DNA of 64,000 nucleotides from Eledone cirrhosa (lineage: Eukaryota). The DNA is taken from positions 160,766,001 through 160,830,000 of the forward strand of contig OZ024741.1 of NCBI GenBank assembly GCA_964016885.1, written 5' to 3'. This document shows, in pieces, positions 14,259 through 26,521 of the stretch; the stretch's first letter is position 1, and each line of letters begins with the position of its first letter. The notes under the pieces are model-generated. The model was given only the letters and a program-made list of their open reading frames with translations, made no database searches and was not told the origin of the DNA. Made by a program: the position numbers and the translations under genes.

Positions 14259-17086
14259 AATTAGCGACCTCATAGTCAGGACGAGACGTACTAGACAGCG
14301 GAAGAGGACTATCTTCAGGAGAAAAATATGGAAGCTAAAGGACCCCATAGCCAGAAATAAATTTCAAAGCATATTACTTGACGCTTTCGACAGTAAGGAA
14401 GAGCAATTAGAGTCGTATAATATAGAGGAACAGTGGGAATTCCTGAGAGCAAACCTGCTGACGGCGGCAGACGAAGTCTGTGGCTGGAGCAGGCCTGTAG
14501 GTGGGAGGAGAGTAACATGGTGGTGGAACAGTAAGGTGGAGGAGTCAATTAAGGCCAAAAAGCAGGCTTGGAAAGTATGGCGGGATGGGGGAAGTAGAGA
14601 AGACTATCAAGTGGCCAGGAGGGAAGCTAGGAGACAAGTGTACTTCGCAAGAAGGGAAGCAGAGGAAAGAAAGTTCAAGCATGTTCTACAACGTGAGGAC
14701 CAAAAACGTGAGGTGTTCAGGATTGCCAGGCAATATGTCAAGGAAAACCGTGATATTGTCGGGGAAAAGTGTGTACTTAACGATGATGGCATACTTGCCA
14801 TCACCGACGCTGATAAGAAGGTAGCTTGGAAGTGTCACTACGAAAGGCTTCTAAATGAGGAGAACAAATGGGAGAAAGACAGTCTCCCCCACATCGACCC
14901 AATAGAGGGACCAGCAGTGTTAGTCCAGGGTAGTACAATAAGCAAGGCAATCAAAGATATGAAGACGGGTAAGGCGGCTGGTCCTTCGGAAATAGTTGCT
15001 GAGATGCTGAAGGCATCTGGTTCGGTGGGACACACCATGGTCACCCGGATAGTTAACCAAGTCGTACAGAATGGGGTTGTTCCGAAGGACTGGCGTAGCA
15101 GCATCATCGTTAACTGCTATAAGGGAAAAGGAGATGCCCTAGATAGGAGTAACTATAGAGGCATTAAATTAATCGACCAGGTCATGAAGGTCACGGAAAA
15201 AGTAATAGCGCAACTAATCAGAGAGAGAATTGATCTAGATGAAATGCAGTTCGGGTTTGTGTCAGGCAAAAGTACCACAGACGCTCTTTTCATTGTACGA
15301 CAACTACAGGAGAAGTACCTAGCTAAAAGTAAACCCCTATACTTAGCTTTCGTCGACTTGGAGAAAGCCTTCGACAGAGTCCCCCGTTCCATTATCTGGT
15401 GGTCTCTTAGAAAACTAGGTGTTGACGAATGGCTTGTGAGAGCTATACAAGCCATGTATAAAGAAACAGTCAGTAAGGTTAGAATTAACAACGAATATAG
15501 TGAAGAGTTTAGCGTAAAAGTTGGTGTCCATCAGGGCTCTGTTCTTAGCCCCCTACTATTTATTATTGCCCTTCAGGCTATAACAGAGGAGTTCAAGACC
15601 GGCTGCCCATGGGAACTCCTATACGCAGATGATCTAACGCTCATAGCTGAATCAATGACCGAACTAGAGAAGAAATTCCAAACATGGAAGCACGGCCTAG
15701 AATCAAAAGGCCTTAAAATTAACCTGGCTAAGACTAAAGTTCTAGTTTGTAGGAAAGAAAATAAGGCGGCGGTCCCTTCTGGGAAATGGCCATGCTCAGT
15801 GTGTAGGAAAGGCGTAGGTAGAAACTCCATTTTATGTCCCAAATGCAAAGTATGGGTGCATAAAAGATGTAGTGGGATCACAGGTAAGCTAACTAAGAAC
15901 ATAGATTTTACATGTGGCCGGTGCTCTGGTGCAATAAGTAGCAGCAAGTGCCCACAAAATACTAACCCTTTCAATTGCGCAGAGGGTTCTATAGAAATAG
16001 TGGACAGCTTCCGTTACCTGGGTGACAAAATCAGCAGTGGTGGAGGGTGCTCTGAAAGTACAGTAGCTAGAGTCAGAACTGGATGGAAAAAGTTCAGAGA
16101 GCTTATACCACTATTAGCCGCTAGAGGGTTCTCCCTAAAAATGAAAGGCAGGTTATACGATGCCTGCATACGAACAGCAATGCTGCATGGCAGTGAGACC
16201 TGGGCATTGTGTGCAGAGGATATACGCAGACTAGAGAGGAACGAAGCTTGCATGCTCCGCTGGATGTGTAACAGTAATATACGTGAACGGCAAAGCATAA
16301 ACGAACTAAGGAAAAAATTAGAAATAAGAGGGATCAGATGTTGTTTACTCGAGAGAAGGCTACGTTGGTACGGTCACGTGATGCGCATGAAAGACGACAG
16401 CTGTATAACAAAGTGCAGGGCAATAAAGATAGACGGTAGCCACGGAGTAGGCAGACCCAGAAAAACATGGGACGAGCTGATAAATTCCGACCTCACACGC
16501 TTACACCTCTCCAAGACAATGTCACTGGACCGAGACCTTTGGCGGTACTCAGTAATAGAGAAGACCCGCCTTACCTAAATACAAAGTAAAAACCTACTAC
16601 AGTCAGTAGGCATCTCTATCAAAACACACCCCCGTCCCACCACCTCCACCCCATCCACACCGCCCTTTTCAATGTAAAGTTATGTTGGTCCCACAACATC
16701 CAGGCCGAAACAAATGAGATCGTGTAGGTGTCACGACAAAAAAACACACTGTCCACGCTGTAAATGTGGCCGTGTAGGCAACACGGTAAAAACCTCCCAG
16801 CCCCACACTGTAAATGTGGTTGGTGTTAGGAAGGGCATCCAGCTGTAGAAAACCCGCCAGACAGTCCACGCTGTAATGTGGCCGTGTAGGCAACACGGTA
16901 AAAACCTCCCAGCCCCACACTGTAAATGTGGTTGGTGTTAGGAAGGGCATCCAACTGTAGAAAACCCGCCAGACAGTCCTATGCGAGCAAGACAACCACT
17001 CTTGCCTCAAGTGGGAAAACCCCCGTCCAAACCCATGCAAGCGTGGAACACGGACGCTAAATCTGATGATGATGATGATGATGATG

Positions 17087-17087
<1 letters not shown>
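14259..17087 (+). mobile_element. RTE-clade LINE, 5'-truncated, with RT ORF open to 16578, long 3' UTR and (GAT)n tail
   Basis: GKAAGP, NYRGIKL, DLEKAFDRV, HQGSVLSP, LYADD, LRWYGHV, GRPRKTW. The 3' UTR has an internal tandem duplication. Confidence 0.96.
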
Positions 17088-17122
<35 letters not shown>

Positions 17123-17662
17123 ATTGATATGCATGTACATATATTTATGTGTGTATATGTATCTGTATGTATATATATATGTGATGCATATCTACCTATG
17201 TGTGTGGGTACGTCTATGTATGTATATGTGGGAATTGTGTATATATATATATGTGTATATGCATACAATTCGATTGCACTTATTTATAAGGATTATCTTA
17301 AGGTTCGTGACAAATAAACATATATAATAACAGTCATAACTACATAACAGGTAATCTTATTAAATATAAAACCTATATAAAAAAATGTGTATAATAACAA
17401 AGTGTGTACAACATAAAACTTCCTTAATATCTTAACAAGTGTTTTAGAGTAGTGACAGACTCACTTTAATTTCAGCTTTATCTCTCCCCCTGTTTGCTGA
17501 AATTAAATTAAGTGAGTCTGTCACTACTCTAAAACAATAGCATAAGGTCTTCGAAATGCTTTTAATTAAGCATACAGTGTATTGCAAAATACACTATATA
17601 TACATTCATATATATATATATAGCTATTTCAGAGCATCAATTCTAATACATATATATATACA

Positions 17663-17770
17663 ATATATTAATAAATGGAAACTATATTTATAAAACCATA
17701 TTTATTTTATTAAACATATTTCAAGGGCCACCAAGGCTAATTATGGTGCGCTTTCAAAAGATAAAATACA
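17663..17770 (-). mobile_element. PLE terminal fragment with a mutated hammerhead (copy of 62157-62262)
   Basis: Reverse complement matches 62155-62262, but CTGATGA has become CTTTTGA. Confidence 0.85.
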
Positions 17771-17917
17771 TATATATACATACATACACACATATATATA
17801 TATGTATGTATGAAACTTAATTATTCGTGTAATGCAACTCCTGGAACGTTTTTAATAATTATTTGATATTACTTACCATGTTCTTATCTTTTGCTTTTAC
17901 AATTTGTCATCATTAAT

Positions 17918-18105
17918 GGGCAGTATCGGGAATTGGCAGTATCGGTAGAGAGTCGGACGCAATGCTTTCTAGCATAGTTACGTCCCTTTACGGTCTGAGT
18001 TCAAATCCCGCCGAGGTTAACTTTGCCTTTCATCCTTACGGGGTCGATAAAATAAAGTACCAGTAATATACTGGGTAATTGCTGGCCTTGTGCCTAAAGT
18101 AGAAG
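17918..18105 (+). mobile_element. tRNA-derived octopus-type SINE. Other copies at ~8290, 24795, 26915, 36740, 39067, 40695, 47605 and 51945-52515.
   Basis: tggcagtatcggtaga (A-box-like), gagttcaaatccc (B box) and the conserved gcctttcatccttacggggtcgataaaataaagtacc central domain. Confidence 0.88.
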
Positions 18106-18169
18106 TTGTAACAATGAAAGAATCCTGTTTATTCTGTTCTCCTGCGTTTGTTGACATATGCGATAATCC

Positions 18170-18190
18170 CTGGAGAAAAATGGCGCCAAA
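18170..18190 (+). promoter_or_regulatory. Probable LSM7 promoter/TSS region with a YY1-like motif
   Basis: AAAATGGCG at 18177-18185 in a locally CpG-retaining region ~380 bp upstream of the proposed ATG. Confidence 0.4.
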
Positions 18191-18565
18191 CTTTTCCTTT
18201 TGAAAGAATAATGTGATTGTGTTCACGTGATATATAGCTGTCAGTCGTGAAAGCAGCCGATGAAAGCATTCGTTTATTTCCGGTATTACTAAACCAAGTA
18301 ACTCCACTTACGCGTGGTAGTAATACGGAAATAAACGATGTTTTGCTTTCATCGGCTGCTTTCGACTGACAGCTAATAGCGTTGTAGTGCCAAATTCATA
18401 TACAAACTAATATTTTAAATATATAACTGACATATTTGATTAAATAATTAAATGGCAGTCTTGTTTTAATGTATTGACCATGTATACAATCTTTTTTCTT
18501 TTGTTCTTTTTTTGTGGTGTTATAAGCGGTTTTGTTAATTGATAGAAGAGACCTTCAAATTCAAA

Positions 18566-18667
18566 ATGTCGCTTCAACAACAAAAACGAACCGCTCCGGT
18601 GGAACTTCAACCTTCACAACAGCCACAACAGCAACAACAACAACAACCACAGCAGCAACAACAGCAG
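18566..18667 (+). CDS. LSM7: LSM7 putative coding exon 1 (polyQ-rich N-terminal extension)
   Basis: tcaaaATGT start, encoding MSLQQQKRTAPVELQPSQQPQQQQQQQPQQQQQQ. Phase-0 donor CAG|gtcatt matches the phase-0 start of the next exon; a possible acceptor ends at 18545. Confidence 0.65.
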
Positions 18668-19014
18668 GTCATTATCAATTAAAATCAGCCTTGCCTTTAG
18701 ACTTTATTTTTCTAGTCTCCTTTTTTGTTGTTTTTATGGAAGACAAGTCATTAACACGCACATGTTTAACATATTTCTTTACGTCCACATTTCCATGGGC
18801 TAGGCGGAATATTTTGAAGCAATGTTTTACAGCTGGACGCTCCCTCTCATGCCAACACTTAGTCGACCCTTACGCCACACAGACATGTATTCTAAATACT
18901 GGGATGCCGTGTATCCCCCCGCCAAAAAGAAAATCATGCTTTGTGTATCCCAGTTTTTAGAATAAGTATACCGTATCCATGCGTGTTGTAAGAGGGACAA
19001 AAAGGGTTGGCGTG

Positions 19015-19054
<40 letters not shown>

Positions 19055-19320
19055 CGAGCGCGACTGGCCTCTGCTGTTTCCGTCTACCAGATTCCACTCA
19101 CATGGCATTAGTCAACCCGCGGTTATAGTTGAAGACACTTGCCCGTGGGGCCGCGCAGCAGAACCTAACCTCACAGCCATGATGTGTGTATATATATGTG
19201 TGTGTGTGTATAAACTTGTGCACTAAACAGCCGAAATATATCATGAAGTTAAATTTGTTTATAGCTATGTAAACATGCCTGATATAAGTATTTCTCTGTG
19301 GTTGTTTAGATGATATATAT

Positions 19321-19365
19321 GCCTTCTGATGAAAGCCCAACAAGGCTTTAAAACCAGTTAAAGGT
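19321..19365 (+). ncRNA. Degenerate type-I hammerhead motif in LSM7 intron 1
   Basis: gcctt CTGATGA aagcc-caacaa-ggctt TAAA accagt TA aaggt. Stems are intact but GAAA has become TAAA. Confidence 0.65.
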
Positions 19366-19487
19366 TTTATATTTTCAATTTACAGGGTATGTTTACATGC
19401 CAATATACTAAAACTGTGAATTGATATACACATTTATGCAGTCTCGGTTACTTGTATTCTGTATATATACAGATATAACTTTATCAT

Positions 19488-21838
19488 ATCATCATCGTTT
19501 TTATGTACGTTTTTCCATGTTTGTACGGGTCTTTTTCAGCACAGCCTCTCTTTACTTGTGTTCCTTCATCATATCTGTAAGTCTCAATGATTTAAGATCA
19601 GCTCACTAATTGTGCCCAGGTATTCCTTAATCTACCTCTACTGTGGCTTCCCTCCACTGTGATTTCTTGGTTCTTCTTCACCCAGTGATCATCATCCATG
19701 TACATCCCATGTCCATACCAACGCAGTCTTCTCTCTTACACACCACTTCGTATTCCTCTTAAATCCAGTTTCTCCCACATTTACATGAGACATTCTGTAA
19801 TTGGAAAACCTTTATATCACTAATGCTCTTCCCCACAATTACCCCTATGCATGTTCTTCACACAAAGTCTTCCTTTCCTGTTAGTCTACCTGATATCCCA
19901 CTACATGTCTTATATATCCAAGATTTACATTGTGTACATCGTATAGAGTTTATGCCTACTCTACATATTTAGCAAGGCCACTTCCCTGAGGGAAGCAGGA
20001 TCCTATCTTCTTTCCTACTTACTAGCACTTTAATTTTGTCTAAGTTTACTATAAGGACCAAATCATCTGCAAAGAGAAGTTCCTGTGGACAGCCAGTCTT
20101 GAACTCTTTTGTTATGGCTTGAAAACCAAACCTTGATGAACTAGCTGTACCTTAAATTCCTCACTAAACTCACTTCCTACCTCACTTTGCTGACAGCTCC
20201 TCTGTACATTGGCTTGCACTGCTCTCAGAAGCCATTCTTCTACACCTAATTTCTTTAAGGATTACCAGATAATAGATCAAGGTATGCTGTTAAAAGCCTT
20301 TTCTAGATCAAGAAAAGCTAGATACAGTGGCTTATTTTTGTCTAATGTGACTCTTTCCCTGTTTAACTGCACTATAACTCTTTCCGTCACTGTCATAACT
20401 TAGTCCATTAGTTTTATTTTTCTATAGTTGCTCCTTTCTAGAGCATCACCTTTGCTCTTGTAGCAATTTATGATTGTACTGCTGCACCAGTCATTGGGTA
20501 TGACTCTGTCCTGTATCACCTGATTAACTATGCAGGTTACTAGTTTGACTCCTACTTCATTCAATGCTTGTAGCATCTCAGCAACTATCTCTGATGGTCC
20601 CGCAGCTTTGCCATTTTTCATCTCTTTGATTGCTTTTTTGACCCTATAGCTGTCAACTTCAATAGCTAGTCCTTCTGTTGAATAAGATAAGGGTAGTCTC
20701 TCCCATTCTTTCTCTGCATTCACCAGTCTCTCAAAGTACCATTTCCGGGCCTCTTTCTTTTGAGCATCAGTGGGGCTAAGTACATTAGTGTCATTTCAAA
20801 CACACTTTTCCCCAACAACATCCCAATTCACACTGTCACACTGCCTTGCAATGCAGAACACTTCATGTCTCTGACCCTCTGTCTCAAGACATTGTTAAAC
20901 TTTTTTTCAACCTCTCTCTAAGCTGTGTATACCTGTCATCTAGCTTCTCTCTTAGCTACCTGTACCAGTGTCTGCTACCCCCATTTTTCCAGTCTTTCCA
21001 TGCCTGTCTCTTGGATTTAATGGCTCTATCCACTGTGCTGTTCCACCACCTGATCACCTTCTGTCTGACTGGTGCTCTACTCTAGCCACAAGTCTCATCA
21101 GTAGTTCACAAAAGGTTGTTACGCAAGAATTTCCAATTGTCCTCTGCATTATATGTATCTAGCTCATTACCCCTCTCATCAAATGCATCCCATAGGGCCT
21201 TTGTAAACCTATATTTAACCGAACGGTCCTTTAACATCCAAACTTTCCATCTCCATGTGTATTTTGTTTTGTCTTGTGTTTATTCTGATGTCAACTTGTG
21301 TTGAGTGGAGCGTTCTTCCTGAGAGAAGGCTTTAGTATTTATTACAGTCCATTTATCTCATTTTACAAGTAAGAAATCAATCTGGGTTATGTATTCGCCT
21401 GATTGGTATGTAAAGTGGCTGGCTAGTTTCCTGAAATTTGTGTTGCATCACAGAATTCCACTACCTCATCATTTCTTGAGCCATAACCATAGCTACCGTG
21501 ACCTCCATCCTTTTACTGTCCAACATGTTCATTGAAGTCACCTGCCAAGATGATGGGGTGTCTTTCATTAATAGCTGAGGTTGAAGTAAAAGTTCCTCAT
21601 TGAACCTGTCCTTTTGTTCTTTCTTCAGTCTTGCCTTTGGTGCATAGGTAGATGTAATTTTCACCATTTATTTGATATAGCAGTTCTAAGCTCTAACTAC
21701 TTCTATCACCTTATCTATCCATTTTTCAGCAAGCACAATGCCTACACCACCTACCCATCATCATTTCCTTCCCAGTAAAGTTTGTATCTATGATGTTTGC
21801 CTGTGAGTAGTCTCGCTGAAGCATCCCTCCATCTCATA
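19488..21838 (-). mobile_element. Degenerate RTE LINE (APE to 3' tail, internally deleted) in LSM7 intron 1
   Basis: Minus-strand fragments YAP, GKAAGPSEIVAEML and NYRKIKLMD, with many stops. Confidence 0.9.
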
Positions 21839-22771
21839 AATATACACACACACACAAAGAGTTAATGGTTTTACAAAGCATTGAGCAAATTTGAATTTTG
21901 AAAATATGTTAGCTTACTATAAGCTGCTACAATGCAGATTTAACTATAAAATAGTCGAACAAGTTAGGTATATAAACCACTGGAGACAAAACTAGACTGA
22001 GTCACCTTCTGGAATTGTGTATGCTGGACAACTGCATCACACACATTCACAATCTCTACAATAGACTGTAAGTACTCTCCATAATCATATATGAAGAGAC
22101 ATCAGCTGAAGAGAGATCCTCTCTTAATCAGTAACTAGTCATATATAAAGCTTTGCACATTTGGGACACATATTCACTTTAGTTATATTTGGCTTACATA
22201 AAAAGATAATTGATCAGAGTAGCACTACCACTTTACGGAGTGTATTGGGTGCCTTTATTAGGGCACCAGTATTAGGAAGATTGTTATATGCTCAGCCAAA
22301 TTGAAAAGTCTTTTTTACCCCATATTGTTTCTAATTATCAATCACTTTATCATGGCACCAACTCAAGAGAGGTTGGCAGATACTTGATGGCAAGGGAGTC
22401 CACTTTTCTATGATGTCTCAGTCTTTACAGGGGTAGAGGTACCAAGGGTGTTCCATTTTGACACAGGTTATCTTACCCACTACAAGCTAAAGGACCTTTC
22501 TACATCATCACCTATCTTTTGCCACATTTACTTTTAGCGTTGCAATGCTTATACTGGTGAGTGGGTCCTTTGTAGTACAGCAAATCACTAGTCAGCTCAT
22601 ATTCTTATTTATTTTACATTCATTTCTTTCCTACATTGTTCGACAAAATTAAATAAGTACCAAACTTGAAAAAAGTTTGTACTGGGGGTCTGTATGATTG
22701 ACTAAATCTTTCAAAGTGGTGCCTCAGCATGTCTGCAGTTAGATAACTGAATATCTAACTTTGATAATTTC

Positions 22772-23173
22772 CTTAGACCTTTTGTTACCAAATTCCTTGA
22801 AAGGCTGTTTATTTTAAACTATTTATCCTAAAAATCTTCCACAGTAATTCTATATAAAAACCTTTAAGTTATGTTCCAAACACCACCTTAATAATGAAAA
22901 AGTTATATTACTAAATCCCTCCAAATTCTTGATTATTTTCAAAAGGATTTGAAAATCATAGACAGTACCTTTCATTAGAAATATGCTAATGAAAGGTTTA
23001 AAGTGTTTATATTTATCTAAAAACCTCCTATGTAAGAACCTTTATGTTCCAAACACCAGTTTAATAGTGAGAAGGTTATTTCACTTAATCTCTCCCAATT
23101 ATTGATTATTTCAAACATATTTGAAAATCATAGGTAGTAATCTTTCATTAGAAATACGGTGACAAAAAGGTTA
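22772..23173. mobile_element. Degenerate MITE-like repeat family. Other copies at ~25730-25980, 26767-27170, 35625-36130 and 38690-39060.
   Basis: Recurrent aagttatgttccaaacac...taataatgaaaaagttatattactaaatccctc motif, with ttaaccc-like ends in some copies. Confidence 0.6.
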
Positions 23174-23200
23174 CAATGTTTATTAAATCTATTCCAACAG

Positions 23201-23306
23201 GCTATAACTGACAAGAACAAGGAACGGAAAAGAAAGGAAACTATTCTAGATCTGTCTAAATACTTGGACAAAGGAATTCGAGTAAAATTCAGTGGTGGCA
23301 GAGAAG
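23201..23306 (+). CDS. LSM7: U6 snRNA-associated Sm-like protein LSm7, coding exon 2
   Basis: ccaacag|AITDKNKERKRKETILDLSKYLDKGIRVKFSGGRE g|gtaa, matching the LSm7 Sm1 start (human KKESILDLSKYIDKTIRVKFQGGRE). Confidence 0.97.
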
Positions 23307-25506
23307 GTAACAATTTTAATTCTTACTAAATATTGATTTTGTATAATTTTTATATGCATCGTGGCCAATATTAACACCCCCTCCCCCAGAGGTTGATGGG
23401 ACTACCCAGGATATCAGTTGAACTTATGGGCTAAAACTTGAATGAAAATGAAATAATACAATGAAATAGAACTTGCTTATAATGCAAGCAAGGAAAATAG
23501 ATCTTAAATGATGATATATATATATCATCATTATATAGATCATCATTTAAGATCTATTTTCCTTGCTTGCATGGGTTAAACAGGCTGTTATGTTTATGAG
23601 GCCAGATAGTTCAGGTGACCATGTCTTGCTCATAGGCTCCATTTTGGGCTTGACTTTCTACAGTTAGATGTCCTTCCTAATACCAACCACCTTAGAGAGT
23701 CGAGTGGGTGCTTTTTTGTCCTAGCACCAGTATGACCACCTTAAAAGGTGGTCTGCCACCTTAAAAGGTGGTCTGGGTGCTTTTTTGTCATGGCACCAGT
23801 ATGACAATCATGCAGGGTGTACTGGATGCTTTTGTGCGGCACCAGCACTACCATTTTACAGAGTGGACTGGGTGATTTTTTTTTTTTTTTTTTGTCACCA
23901 GCATAACCATCTTACACGGTGGTTTGGCTGCTTTTTGATTTGGCATCAATACAATTATTTTACAGGGTGGACTGGTGCTTTTTGATGTGGCACCTGTGTG
24001 ATCACTTCACAGTGTGGACAAGCTACAAGTTTTATATATAATTAGTAATTGCTGTCTGTTTATTTATTTTTGTACATGCCTGGAGCTAATTGTTTAAAAT
24101 TATTGAGGGATCTCTGCTTTAGCTACTTGTCCAGCATATTCTAAACTCAACCCACTGAGGTTCTCTGTTCTTAGTAATTAAAAATTTATAAATTCTTTCC
24201 TAGAACTTAAAATAGTTGCTTATGTGTAAACATGTTTTTATTGATTAAGCAGGAGTAGGTAGAAGCATTAGGTAATTAGTGCACGAAATGTGTGTAATAC
24301 CTCTTATAATGACTGTGTGAGAACAGCCTAAGAAGGTATCTATCTATTACCTAACTTTATAGAACACAGGTATAGCAAATAAGTAATTAGAAAATAGTAC
24401 AAAGAAAGTTATTATTCAGATGTGGCTAGAACATCAGTGTGATATATATGTGATGTTTCATATTACTTATGTAAGGAAACCTAGTATATGTTGATGTGAA
24501 GTTTTCAGGAACTATAGAGAGAGAGGGAGGGAATAGGTAAGGATGAAGAAATAAAATTAATGAAGTTAATACTGTTATGGGGGTGGAGACAATAGGAATA
24601 TGTGAAATTATAATTATGTATATTATGCTAAATTAAACTAAACTGGACTTACAGATTAATAAGGTATGGAAAGTTCAAATTAAGTACGACAGTAAAAACT
24701 AAAGGGTAATATACGGAAATTCAGTTATATATAACAGAGTGAATCGAGAGGAAGTATATGGAAAATAGAATAAACTGAGAGTTAATATATTGATGAAAGG
24801 CAAAGCTAACCTTGGTGGGATTTGAACCCAGAACGTAAAGGACTGTAACTCTATGTTGCAAAGCATGTTATCCGATCCTTTACCGATTCTGCCAATCCAT
24901 AAGGATAATATTAACAGTAAAAGTGGGTAATGGGTAGTGATAAAGAAGTGAATTTATTAACAATATTAAAAAAATATTAAGAGAGATTAAGAGAATTGAG
25001 GTGATTTGCGAATAGCACTCTGCGTGGTTTTTACATTGGGATCTAAGGAGTATATTATAGATAGTGCATTGACAAAGGTTGAAATATAGGGACTTCATAT
25101 ATAAATATATATAGACACATAATTACCCAGTACATGAATGTATATCACGTTGATTCAAGAAATATACATGAAGAAAATTGTGTCAGTATATACATGAGGA
25201 TGCACTGCCGGTAACTATGGATATAGTTACTGGGTAATTATGTGTCTATATATATTTATATATGAAGTCCCTATATTTCAACCTTTGTCAGTTTATCCTC
25301 ACAGCATTACATAACCTCCACAGATAAACACCCGTATTATCTGCACTATATATATATAACGTGGAAGATAGACGTTAAACGATGATGAAGATAGATAGAT
25401 CATCATCATCGTCATCACCAAACGTTTTTTTTTTCCTGTTTAAATTTTCTTATACATGTAATCTACATCAACAAATTTATATAAATTCTTATTAATACTG
25501 TTTCAG

Positions 25507-25578
25507 TAAGTGGTATCCTTAAGGGTCATGATCCTTTACTGAATCTTGTGTTAGATGGAACAATTGAATACCTCAGAG
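25507..25578 (+). CDS. LSM7: LSm7 coding exon 3
   Basis: tttcag|(V)SGILKGHDPLLNLVLDGTIEYLR g|gtaagc; 72 nt, phases 1/1. Confidence 0.98.
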
Positions 25579-26381
25579 GTAAGCTTGGAGTTCTTCAATT
25601 CTTTGTTTTTAATTTTTTACATTTTTTTATATTAGTCATAAAATCCTTTTGGGCTAGAAAACTAACTTATTTTGATATATGTTGAAGGATTACACTTTTA
25701 ATTTTTATCATAGTATTAATTATGTCACCCATATTTTTTTCAAGATGGTGTTATTTGTAAGAGAACTCTTTCATTATTTCCAATGAAAGACGCTGCCTAT
25801 GATTTTCAAATCATTTTGAAAGCAATCTTGAATTTGGAGAGTTTTAGTAATATAACATTCTCATTAAACTGGAGTTTGGAACATAACTTAAAGGTTCTTA
25901 CATAAAATTATGATGGATGTTTTTAAATAAATATAAATAGTTATTAATAAACAGTATTGTATCATAGAAATGGCCAGTTTCTATCTATCTATCTAGGGCA
26001 GGTAAAATTCCCGAGATCCATGGACGAGTTCTCTCTAGCAGTCTCTGTCCCTCATTATCGCTGCCGTGTCCTGCGTCTCCAACAGACCAGTGTCTGTCTT
26101 TAGGGCATCAACATGTTAACCTCGGTCTTCCTCTTCCAGTATGTCCATGCAGGGGCTCCCACAGGAGTTTGGTATTATAATAAAGAAATTCATCTTATGT
26201 TAATATTTTTTCCACTCTTTTCTATTTATCCAATACTCTGGATAGAAAATTTGCAATAAAATATTGCTTGAGTAAGTAAGTAGTTACTGGTTGATATATT
26301 GGTGTTTCATAGACATTCTACTGTGACCTTATTTCAATAGTTACTAGTTTCTAATGTTTTCATTATTTGTTTGTTTTCCAG

Positions 26382-26521
26382 ATCCTGATGATCCCTACAA
26401 ATTAACTGAAGATACTCGGACACTTGGCTTAGTGGTTTGTCGAGGAACCTCCGTTGTCTCTATTTGTCCAGCCGATGGAATGGAAGCTATTCCAAATCCT
26501 TTTATACAGCAAGATGCTTGA
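26382..26521 (+). CDS. LSM7: LSm7 last coding exon
   Basis: ttttccag|(D)PDDPYKLTEDTRTLGLVVCRGTSVVSICPADGMEAIPNPFIQQDA*. AATAAA signals at ~26682 and 26751. Confidence 0.98.

Noticed and set aside
18532-18960. 142-aa Thr-rich ORF in the ORF track
   Set aside because: It is an alternative frame over the LSM7 polyQ exon, running into the intron.
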